A stretch of DNA of 64,000 nt from Ranitomeya imitator (taxonomy: Eukaryota), in contig NC_091282.1 of NCBI RefSeq assembly GCF_032444005.1, positions 517,142,001-517,206,000 on the forward strand. Reading direction: 5' to 3'. Of this stretch, positions 1 to 10,421 are shown piece by piece; position 1 is the stretch's first letter; the number at the start of each line of letters is the position of its first letter. The notes under the pieces are model-generated. The model saw nothing but the letters and a program-made list of their open reading frames with translations, made no database searches and was not told the DNA's origin. The position numbers were made by a program, and so were the translations under genes.

Positions 1-539
1 CTATCAGCTGCATCCTGTTAATAGTTGAATACAGCTTTCAACATTGTCCCTGGTTACCGCTGATCGCAATATGAAACAGGAAACAGGAATCTTTGCTGAT
101 CGCAATATGAGCAGGGGACAGTGATGTGAGATGTCTTCAGCACCTTGCGCTGGGGACTAGCGCGAACGATACCGCTGTTCCATAGGCATCGGTACTGTAT
201 TTGTCACACTGGTGACACACGGATGTCGTCCGTGTGTCATCAGTGTACACATGTGCTGGACGTTTTGCCGGCCTGTGCTGCTATTAAAACACTTGTGTCT
301 GAAAGAGCCCTTAGTGGAAACTCGATGATTTACCGACCTTGGCCGAATTTTGCAGATTTAAAGGAAAAATGCTCGGTAATCCAAACACAAATCCAAATGT
401 GCAACGCTCGTGTCTAATTTGAGATTGGTGAATGTTTTTCAAACAAGTTCCCTCATCTCTATTGCTCAGCCAGCTTAACACAGTCACTTCCGTAGGTTCA
501 GAGAAAACAGCTATCTCAGAAGGCTGGAGATTAAGCAGT

Positions 540-1110
540 CTCTAAAAGGACAGAGCCAGATGCGATGGTTTCTTCTCATGTGTCACCTCTTCCAGGAACC
601 TGAGATCGATCTGGATTACCAAGAAAATCAGGTTGTATAGGGTAGCAGGGATGTCTTAATTAACAGGTTCATCCTTAATCCTTCTGGTCAATCTCTCCCA
701 AAAGGCAGCTACCAGAGTCTCGTCATTCCAGCCAAGTTCGGAAGACAAGGTGCAGAACCAAACGGGATGCTGGCCTACAGTCAGACTTTCCTGATGTAGA
801 CTGAGAACGGAAGATGCAGCAAAAGACGCACGACCTGGCTCATCAAAAACTTTATGGAATGCCCCCAGGAAGGCATGTAATTCCGAGGTCACTGGATCCC
901 CTATCTCCCACAAGGGGATAAGCCTCACTAGGGCTTCTTCTGCTCATTAGGACATCAAGAGTCCCACTTTAGTCCGGTCAGAGGGAGTACTCACAGGCGA
1001 GGTTGCTGCCACTTGAGCTGGAGCGGATGAAGCAGCCAACATCAGGCCATCTAACTGGGTATTCATTTTCCGCAGATAGGACAGAATTTTATCTTGCTGA
1101 TCTCGGTGAA
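540..1110 (-). mobile_element. Decayed Ty3/gypsy gag fragment (PEG10/RTL1-like retrotransposon capsid region)
   Basis: The - strand ORF 656-928 reads FLGAFHKVFDEPGRASFAASSVLSLHQ...LSSELGWNDETLVAAFWERL, resembling retrotransposon gag. Flanking frames continue gag-like text (QQDKILSYLRKMNTQLDGL upstream) with stops/frameshifts. Confidence 0.7.
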
Positions 1111-1841
1111 CAGGACAGTTCAGGATTCTAAATCAGGTTCAGGCAGGACTAATACAGCAATAGTTTCAGGTTAAAACTAGGCGGGTTTTGGGTTCAGGAT
1201 TAGGTTCGGGCAGAAGGGATACAGCAATAGGTTAAGGTTCAGACTAGGACAGATTCAGGAATAAGTTCAGGATGCTGACAACAAACTAGCGGGTACAAAC
1301 TCAAACTGCACACTAAAGAGGATGTTGTACATGCACCTCCCTAAAGAGAAGCATGCCTTAAGTATTAGATGCATCACAGCTATTGGCTGTGGGCTAATCC
1401 AGAGTGAGCACTACCCTTTTACGAAGCAGGGAGTGCACATACACTAAGTGCACCTCAGGGAGACCTGCACACTGTGCACAAGTCCTGGGAACAGGGATAC
1501 GTTTTAGGACAGGAAGACATCACCGAGCGGCCGTGATGGTGAGCATGTCAATGACCCTGCCTAGAAGAAAGAAGGGGCATATGTAAGGATGCCAGTATTG
1601 GCTTAAAACCGGCACTGCACCTTCAACTGTGTGCCGTCCCGGCCTCTTCATGGTTAGCAGATGTGACCACACATTATGCTGTGCGCGGCCATGTCTGCTA
1701 AAGTGACATCACTCAGCGCGCCCTGTATTGTCACCTTTACACCAGAAAAGATCTTCAATCAATTAGGCTGGCTGGGAAACCACCAGACAGGAGAAGGTGA
1801 ACGCTACCTCATGGCTTGCCAATGTTAAAAACACACCTAAT

Positions 1842-4800
1842 AAGTGTGTTTGTCTGCGTATGTGATTATATGAGTGTGTATGCATGTCTGCATGTTGTAT
1901 GTGGACATGTGTGCATGACTGCATACCGTATGTGTGCATGTGTGTATGCATGTCTATTGTATGTATATACTGTAGATCTGCGTATGCGTGCATATCTGTG
2001 TACCGTATGGGGACATTGGATCATTCAGAGACCCACAATGAACGTCTGAAGAGTTTGCTGCACTGAATGTAAAGGGGCCGAATAATATTGCACGCCCCAC
2101 TTTTCAGTTTTTCAATTTCCCAAAAAATTTAAAATAACCAATACATTTCGTTCAATTTCACAATTGTGTTCCACTTGTTGTTGATTCTTCACCAAAAATT
2201 TACATTTGGTATCTTTATGTTTGAAGCACGATATGTGGGAAAAGGTTGAAAAGTTCAAGGGGGTCGAATACTTTCGCAAGGCGCTGTATGTTTGCCTATG
2301 TTCTCTGTGTATGCATGATTATGTATTGTATGTGTACAGATCTGTGTGCATGTCTAGGTACCTTAAATGTGCATGTCTGTGTATTGCATGTGAGCTTGTC
2401 TGTGTATTGTATGTGTAGAGGTTTGCGTATGTATGCATGTCTGCGCACCGTATGTATTCACGTCTTTGTTTTGTATGTGTAGAGGCTTGGGTATGTGCAA
2501 ATATGTGTGTGCATGTTTGTTTTGTACTGCATGTGGGAATGTCTGTGTCCCGTATGTGTGCATGTCTGTGTATTGTATGTATACAAGTCTGCATATCTGT
2601 GTACCGTATGTGTGCATGTCTCTATACCGTAAGTGCTTGTGTATGTGCATGTCTGTGTAATGTATGTGTTCAGGGCTACGTATGTATCCATGTATGTATG
2701 CATGTCTGAGTATTCTATGTGTACAGATCTGCGTATAGGTGCATGTTTGTGTATATGTGTACATGTCTGTGCATGGGTGCATGTCTGTGTATTTTATGTA
2801 AACAGGTATGCATATTTGTGCATGTATGCATACTGTATGTGTGCATGTCTGTTTATAGTATTTGTACAGGTCTTTATATGTGTTCATACCTGTGTATCAC
2901 ATGTGTGCATGTCTGTGTATTGCATGTGTGCATGTCTGTATCCCATGTATGTGCATGTCTGTGTATTGTATGTGTACAAGTCTGCGTACAAAAGTCTGCA
3001 TCTGCATACACAAGTCTGTGTACTGTATATGTGTGTACATGTCTGTGTATTGCATGTGTGCATGTTTGTGCACAAGTCTTTGTATCACATGTGCATGTCT
3101 GTGTACCATGTGAATGTCTGTGTATTGCATGCGTGCATGTTTCTGTACATGTCTGTGTATCACGTGCGCATGTCTGTGTACCATGTATGTGCATGTCTGC
3201 ATACTGTATTGGTGCATGTTTGTGTATTGTATGTGTGCATGTTTGTGTGCATGTCTGTGTATCGCATGTGAGCATGTCTGTGTATTGTATGTGTAGAGGT
3301 TTGCATATGTATGCATGTCTGCGTACCGTATGTATTCACGTCTGTTTTTTGTATGTGTAGAGGCTTGGGTATGTGCACATATGTGTGTGCATGTTTGTTT
3401 TGTACTGTATGTGGGAATGTCTGTGTCCCTTATGTGTGCATGTCTGTGTATGTATAATGTATTGTATGTATACAGGTCTGCATGTCTGTGTACCATATGT
3501 GTGCATGTCTGTATGCCGTATGTGCTTGTGTATGTGCAGGTCTGTGTAATGTATGTGTTCACGGCTACGTATGTTTCCATGTATGTATGCATGTCTGAGT
3601 ATTCTATGTGTACAGATCTGCATATAGGTGCATGTTTGTGTATTCTATGTGTACATGTATATGCATGGGTGCATGTCTGTGTATTTTATGTAAACAGGCA
3701 TGCATATTTGTGAATGTATGCATACTGTATGTGTGCATGTCTGTGTATTGTATTTGTACAGGTCTTTGTATGTGTTCATACCTGTGTATCACATGTGTAC
3801 ATGTCTGTGTATTGCATGTGTGCATGTCTGTGTCCCATGTATGTACATGTCTGTGTATTGTATGTGTACAAGTCTGCGTACAAAAGTCTGCATCTGCATA
3901 CACAATTCTGTGTACTGTATATGTGTGTGTGCATGTCTGGGTATTGTATGTGTGCATGTTTGTGTGCATGTCTGTGTATTGCATGTGTGCATGTTTGTGT
4001 ACGTCTGTGTAATGTATGTGTGCAGGTTTGTGTGCATGTCTGTGTATTGCATGTGTGCATGTCTGTGTATTGCGTGTTTGCATGTTTGTGTACATGTCTG
4101 TGTATCACGTGTGCATATTTGTGTACCATGTGTATTGCATGTATGTGCATGTCTGCGTACTGTATGTGTGCATGTTTGTGTATTGTATGTGTGCATGTTT
4201 GTGTGCATGTCTGTGTATTGCATGTGTGCATGTCTGTGTGTATGTCTGTGTATTGCATGTGTGCATGTTTGTGTACATGTCTGTGTATCACGTGTGCATG
4301 TCTGTGTACCATGTGCATATCTGTATATAGCATGTTTGCATGTCTGTATACTATGTATCTGCATGTCTGCATACTGTATGTGTGCATGTTTGTGTATTGC
4401 ATATGTGCATGTTTGTGTACATGTCTGTTTTTGAATGTGTGCATGTTTGTGTACTTTTCTGTGTATTGTATGGATGCATGTTTGTGTGCATGTCTGTGTA
4501 TTGCATGTGTGCATGTCTGTGTTTTACATGTGTGAATGTTTGTGTACATGTCTGTGTGTTGCATGTGTACATGTCTGTGTATCGCATGTGTGCATGTCTG
4601 TGTATTGAATGTGTGTGTACATGTCTGTGTTTTGCATGTGTGAATGTGTGCATGTCTGTGTTTTGCATGTGTGAATGTTTGTGTGCATGTCTGTGTATTG
4701 CATGTGTGTATGTTTGTGTACATGTCTGTGTATTTCATGTGTGAATGTGTACATGTCTGTGTTTTGCATGTGTGCATGTCTGTGTTTTGCATGTGTGAAT

Positions 4801-5362
4801 GTTTGTGTACATGTCTGTGTATTGCATGTGTGCATGTTTGTGTACATGTCTGTGTACCGTGTGCATGTCTGTGTATTGCATGTTTGCATGTCTGTATACT
4901 ATGTGCATGTCTGCATACTGCATGTGTGCATGTTTGTGTATTGTATGTGTGCATGTTTGTGTGCATGTCTGTGTATTGAATTTGTGCATGTTTGTGTACA
5001 TGTCTGTATACTATGTATGCCCATGTCTGCATACTGTATGTGTGCATTTTGTGTATTGTATGTGTGCATGTTTGTGTGCATGTCTGGGTATTGTATGTGT
5101 GCATGTTTGTGTGCATGTCTGTTTATTGCATGTGTGCATGTATGTGTATTGCATGTGTGAATGTTTGTGTGCATGTCTGTGGATTGCATGTATGCATGTC
5201 TGTGTTTTACATGTGTGCATGTCTGTATATGCATGTGTGAATGTTTGTGTACATGTCTGTATGTCTGTGTATTTTGTGTTCAGGTCTGAATAGCTGTGTA
5301 TTGTGTGTGTGCCTGTCTGTGTATTGTACATGTACATGTCTGCGTACCGTATATGTGCATGT
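1842..5362. repeat. Complex TG/CA-rich simple-sequence array (motifs such as TGCATGTGTGCATGTCTGTGTAT)
   Basis: Directly visible alternating purine-pyrimidine degenerate repeats over ~3.5 kb, interrupted by a Tc1 fragment at 2008-2286. Confidence 0.95.
2008..2286 (+). mobile_element. Tc1-like terminal fragment
   Basis: Ends GGGGGTCGAATACTTTCGCAAGGCGCTG|TA, a typical Tc1 terminus followed by the TA target. The other end is absent. Confidence 0.75.
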
Positions 5363-5363
5363 A

Positions 5364-5905
5364 CAGCTCTGGCAAAAAATAAGAGACCACCACATCAAAA
5401 CCCTGTCATGGCCAGGCCAATCTCCAGACCTGAACCCTACTGAAAACCTCTGGAATGTAATCAAGAGGATGATGGATAGTCACAAGTCATCAAATAAAGA
5501 AGAACTGCTTACATTTTTGTGCAAGGAGCAGTGGGAAAGACTGGTGGAAAGCATGCCAAGACGCATGAAAGCTGTGATTAAAAATCGTGGTTATTCCACA
5601 AAATATTGATTTCTGAACTCTTCCTGAGTTAATACATCAGTATTGTTGTTTCTAAATGATTATGAACTTGTTTTCTTTGCATTATTTGAGGTCTGAAAGC
5701 AGTAGGTTTTTTTTTTTTTTTTGTGACCATTTCTCCTTTTCAGAAAAAAATACAAAATGTATTGCTTGGAAATTTGGAGACATGTCAGAAGTTTATAGAA
5801 TAAATGAACAATTTACATTTTACACCAAAATATACAGTACCTAGAAAGCGAAAAATCAGACAAATTGAACATTTTGCAGTGGTCTCTTAATTTTTGCCAG
5901 AGCTG
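5364..5905 (+). mobile_element. Internally deleted non-autonomous Tc1 element
   Basis: TA flanks both ends, with 27-bp TIRs CAGCTCTGGCAAAAA(A/T)TAAGAGACCAC. The left TIR is joined directly to a transposase C-terminus (WPGQSPDLNPTENLW...MPRRMKAVIKNRGYSTKY*). Confidence 0.92.
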
Positions 5906-6247
5906 TATATATGGATAGCTGTGTTTTGTATATTCAATTGTTCTTAACAAATTATACTCAATGCACATTGCACTATATACTTACATAATTATCCCTGTAG
6001 ATGGAACAATTCCTTTTGGCATATACTATCTTATGTAACCAACATTTATCCATATATCGTACCGTTTGATATATACTTTGCAGGCACCACTGTCTTTCCC
6101 ACTTGCTTTGCAATTGGCTTGTTGTTCCATTTAATTCCACAGGGTGGATATTCTGTGCAATGGATTATTGATTCATAGTACTTGTATTACATTTGTTTGT
6201 ACCCTGCTGTGATGCTCCATGAAGAATATGCACAATTTCTCCATATA

Positions 6248-6503
6248 TCTATATATATAATTGTCTAAGGGTTTTTCCGTCTGTCTGTCTGTCTGTCTGT
6301 CCTGGAAATCCCGGCTCTCTGATGGCGGCCTCGACCAATCAGAGACCGGCACAGCATCGACGTAGAAATCCTGCGTCTCTGATTGGTCGAGGCCGCCAGG
6401 CAGACAACCATACACAAATATGCACAAATCATCATTGGCCATATACTACGGGGACATGTATATTCTAGAATACCCGATGCATTAGAATCGGGCCACAATC
6501 TAG
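6248..6503 (+). mobile_element. Non-autonomous Helitron, family B, short copy
   Basis: Starts A|TC, ends CTAG, with subterminal hairpin CCCGAT...ATCGGG and no TSD. Confidence 0.8.
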
Positions 6504-6621
6504 TCTACTATATAATTGTCTAAGGGTCACTTCCATCTGTCTGTCTGTCTGTCTGTCACGGATATTCATTGGTCGCGGCCTCTGTCAGTCATGGAAATCC
6601 AAGTCGCTGATTGGTCGCGGC

Positions 6622-6900
6622 TAGGGTTGAGCGACTTTTACTTTTATAGGATCAGGTCGGGTTTCACGAAACCCGACTTTCTCAAAAGTCGGGTCGAGTG
6701 AAATCGGCCGATCCTATAGAAAAGTCGGGGTCGGGGTCGGCCGAAACACGAAACCCAATGCAGTGCATTGGGTTTCTAATGGTTCCCAGGGTCTGAAGGA
6801 GAGGAAACTCTCCTTCAGGCCCTGGGATCCATATTTAAGTGTAAAATAAAGAATTAAAATAAAAAATATTGCTATACTTACCCTCTGACGCGCCCTGGTA
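6622..6900 (+). mobile_element. Truncated hAT-like non-autonomous element (TAGGGTTGAGCG terminus)
   Basis: Terminus resembles TAGTGTTGAGC of the TSD-flanked element at 14576, followed by AAACCCGAC/GTCGGG subterminal repeats. No right end found. Confidence 0.6.
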
Positions 6901-6949
6901 CTAAGGCTTGTTTCACCTGCATGGAGAGCTCCTTTGACCGCATGTTTAC

Positions 6950-7300
6950 TTCACAGGAAAACCTTCCAAGTGCAAGCACCACACCTCAAATCAACTCCAG
7001 GCCTTTTATCTGCTTAATTGAGAATGATATAACGAAGGGATTGCCCACATCTGTCCATGAAATAGCCTTGGAGTCAATTGTCCAATTACTTTTGGTCCCT
7101 CTAAAAACAGGGTGGCACATGTTAAGGAGCTAAAATTCCTAAACCCTTCATCCAATTTTAATGTGGATACCCTCAAATGAAAGCTGAAAGTCTGAACTTC
7201 AACTGCATCTGAATTGTTTTGTTTAAAATTCATTGTGGTAATGTCTGTAACCAAAATTAGAAAAATGATGTCTCTGTCCAAATATATTTGGACCTAACTG
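6950..7300. mobile_element. Tc1-like terminal fragment
   Basis: Ends GTCCAAATATATTTGGACCTAACTG|TA (CAG...TA Tc1-type end). Confidence 0.65.
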
Positions 7301-7683
7301 TATATTACGTGGCTGTGCAATATACTACGTGGCTATTCAATATACTATGTGGCTGTGCAATATACTACGTGGGCTGTTATATACTACATGGCTGTACTAT
7401 ATACTACGTGGCCGGCCGCGAACAATCAGCGACAGGCGCAGTCCGGCCGAATCCTGTGTATTCAATGTATTATTCTAAAATCTTCATAAATAAACTACAT
7501 ACATATTCTAGAATACCCGATGTGTTAGAATCGGGCTACCATCTAGTGGACTTATATTCATCCTCAACCTTTATGGATTATCCATTGAGCATTTTACTAG
7601 TATTGTTCTTGTATTTATACTTACCAGTGACTTAATTTTGCAGTAAATCCCCTTTTGTATTCTGGTTTTAGATTCTGTTTGTT

Positions 7684-8131
7684 AAATCTGCCAGCGGCCA
7701 CCAGTGTATCTCAGTGGTCATGGACTATACGATCCGGTACCCAGAAGGGGTGAACTGAGGAATTTTTCGGCTAAACATATCGCCCAGGAGCTTGTCCATA
7801 TCTTTGCCTGAACCGGTATGCCCAAGGAGATCTTGACGGACCAGGGCACCCCATTTATGAGCAAAGTAATGCGAGAGCTGTTTAGAGTCCTCCAGACGGC
7901 TGAGCTGCGAACCTCCTTTTACCATCTGCAGACCGAAGCCTGATAGAGAGCTTCAAAAAGACCTTGAAGGCCATGCTCAAGAGAGTCGTGGAAAAGGACG
8001 GTCGAGACTGAGACTATCTGCTCCAGTTCCTGCTCTTTTCTGTCAGAGAAGTCCCAGAGGCCTCCACTGGTTTGTTGCCATTCAAGCTCCTGTACAGTCG
8101 ACATCCATGAGGGCTCCTAGACATCACCAAG
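7684..8131 (+). pseudogene. Ty3/gypsy integrase core remnant
   Basis: Conceptual translation across frameshifts gives VVMDYTIRYPE...GMPKEILTDQGTPFMSKVMREL...LRTSFYHLQT...FKKTLKAML...VREVPEASTGLLPFKLLYSRHP, containing the TDQG catalytic motif and several stops. Confidence 0.88.
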
Positions 8132-8414
8132 GCTGGGCCTCTCTGTCTGTTCTGCTTCTCTCCTAGACGTCTGCTCTTCTTGGTCTCCCTGGACCAACTG
8201 TCTAACTCCTCCTCCAGACCAGGACATATATTCATATTTGAGGGATGCTCCCCTGATTCCAGGTCCTGAGCTCCTCCTCCTGGCCTGGATTTGGAATGTG
8301 TTGTTTGTGGGTGCCTTACCTGATTAAGAGAACTCCATTGCCTCCAAGCATGATATCGGCCTCCTCTAAATGAAGGCAACATCACTGCAACAACCGGTTA
8401 CCTGAGGTGTTGCA

Positions 8415-8440
8415 CCCCCCCCCCCCCCCGCCCCCACCCC
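8415..8440 (-). other. Polypurine tract
   Basis: G-rich run on - immediately upstream of TGCAACACC, the start of the 3' LTR. Confidence 0.75.
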
Positions 8441-8909
8441 GTTAACTCCAGTACTCCTGGACTGGGAAAAGAAAAACGGGCATTACAGCTTAAGACAATT
8501 TTTAGACATGCATGTCAACAGGTTAACTGGTAAAAACTTAAGCATCCCTTTATGGGAGGTATGATTCATGAACGTTGTATAGCCAAACTTTACATAAACA
8601 CAACTATTTATTACAAGTGCACACAGGTAAAAGTGAAAACTTTGGGGTAGCAAGGCGCATTGACCAGTCCTGATCTCCGCTGCACCATGTAGTTTTGCTC
8701 CAGTCCTGAAAAGCAAAACAGGCACATATATATGCAGTCCTGCTCACGCTAACAGAGCGTGGCAATATCAAAGAATAGGGAGCACCGGAACAGGTGCCAA
8801 ACTATTTATAGAACAGTCCTCAGGTATCAATTGCACATACAAACTGTAAAGAAAAATAACATAAACATAACATATTCACAGTATCACTTTCAGGCAGGTG
8901 AATGTCTCT

Positions 8910-10227
8910 TTAATTCTGTTTCTTCCAGGGCAGGTCCTGGCATGTACAGATTCCTGACTGGAGAATTCTTTTGGTAGATGTCACGACTGGTGACTCTTTT
9001 AGAAATTGTTCATCATCAGAGGTCTGTGTAGCCTGGGTTTGCTGTTCACTTGCAGTGGCTACACGGGTATTGCCATGCTGTGTTGGGCACCGTTTAACAT
9101 ATAGGGCATAATATCCCCTTTCTCCATGGTGCCGGGTATAAGTCACTTTGTCTCCAGGGTATAAATCACCGTCAGGGTGTCCTCTTAGGAGGTGTGATTC
9201 CACATCCCTGCGGTTGATGAATAGTTCTCTGTGTCCTACTTGTTCTCTGATAAATCCCCAAATCCTTTGTCCAAATCAAAAAAAAAGTAATAACAGGTCC
9301 TAGTCTTATAGGTCCTTAATTTGTAAGTCTAGCCGTACTGGACTGAGTTATAGCTAGCAGGTTACGTTGTTCCATTTGCTCCCATTTAGCTCTGTGGTGT
9401 TTCTCCTCTGTAGCTAGTTTTAATTTTTGTTGTCTGCAATCAGTTAAACCATGTCTTAAGTCTGTCATGTTATCCCAGGTTACGGTTACAGTGACTGACT
9501 GACCAAGAGGTAAAGTCGGTGGGGTTGCTAAGAGTCCCATTAGGGTGTCTTCAGCTACCGGGGCAGTTTGCATACCTGTCTCGCCTGTGCCGGTGTGTCT
9601 TTTTCTTCCTCTGCAGGGGTCAGGATTGCTTGTTGCGACGCCTGGTGCTGCGGTGTTATCATCTCTGTTGGTGTTGTCTCATTTTCCAGCAGGGCCTCAC
9701 TTTCCGGCAGGGTCTTAATTTCCGGCTCTGTCGGGGTTACAGGTGCGAGGTCCAGGTTCTCCGTCGGCGGTGTCACCTTTTCCAGGCATGCATTGCTTTC
9801 TGGCTCCACTGCGGTCAAAGATACAGTCTCCACCGGGACTGTGAGCACTGGTGGTAAGCTACAGTGGGTTTCGGACTGCATTCTGCGGATGAGGGACTCC
9901 TTCCAGGCGGCCACCGCTGTCATCTGGGTCCGCAGAAGTCGTTGGGTTAGCTCTTCCATCTCGGCAGCGAGGAGCTCTGGGTCCATAGTGGGTTTCAGGT
10001 TCGAGGTTTCATGCCGCTGCGGACCGGGGACATCTCCACAGGTGTTGGTAGGTTCTGACGGCTCTCCACAGCTGTCCACCAATGTCTTTACCAGGTAGCA
10101 TGCAGCCATGCTGCTGCCACACTTTCCCGCATCTTTCTCCATCACGCTTCCAGGGCTTTCTGGGTGGTGTCTCCCGCACTTTCCAGGCAGCCATCTTCGG
10201 GGGCGGATCCGTCCTGGTGTCGGACAT
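8910..10227 (-). pseudogene. Disrupted internal ORF of the LTR element ending in a cold-shock (CSD/OB-fold) domain
   Basis: Successive ORF pieces 10227-10009, 10145-9555, 9573-9316 and 9315-8910 are broken by frameshifts and a stop. The last piece reads DLDKGF(fs)GFIREQVGHRELFINRRDV...LYPGDKVTYTRHHGERGYYALYV. Confidence 0.75.
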
Positions 10228-10400
10228 GTTTTATTGGCAGTACAATCTCTGTAGGGGGTGGATCCAGCTTTCGCGCCGGTTCTTCAACTCCACTCATGGC
10301 AACACATCTTCTTCCTTTATCCGCCTCGTGGTGCCATAAACAATTTTACACAGTCCATTATAATCCATGGTGCACAGGACCCATTTTAATGGGTCGATCC

Positions 10401-10418
10401 ATCCTGTTCATGATGCCA
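10401..10418 (-). other. Primer-binding site, tRNA-Ser(CGA)-type
   Basis: - strand TGGCATCATGAACAGGAT versus TGGCGTCACGAACAGGAT, the complement of the recalled vertebrate tRNA-Ser(CGA) 3' end ATCCTGTTCGTGACGCCA. Both mismatches are CpG-type. Confidence 0.75.
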
Positions 10419-10421
10419 AGT

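Larger units (their letters stand above)
6504..7546 (+). mobile_element. Non-autonomous Helitron, family B, second copy in head-to-tail tandem, carrying nested insertions
   Basis: Starts TCTACTATATAATTGTCTAAGGG immediately after the previous CTAG and ends CCCGATGTGTTAGAATCGGGCTACCATCTAG|T. The middle is replaced by hAT and Tc1 fragments. Confidence 0.72.

Noticed and set aside
1276-1760. Possible 5' LTR of the gag fragment at 540-1110
   Set aside because: No second copy, TSD or clear PBS in the window to fix boundaries.
1763-5464. Dozens of long overlapping ORFs (up to 446 aa) rich in C/V/M/H/T
   Set aside because: They arise from stop-poor TG/CA simple repeats, are open on both strands in several frames, and show no domain or splice structure.
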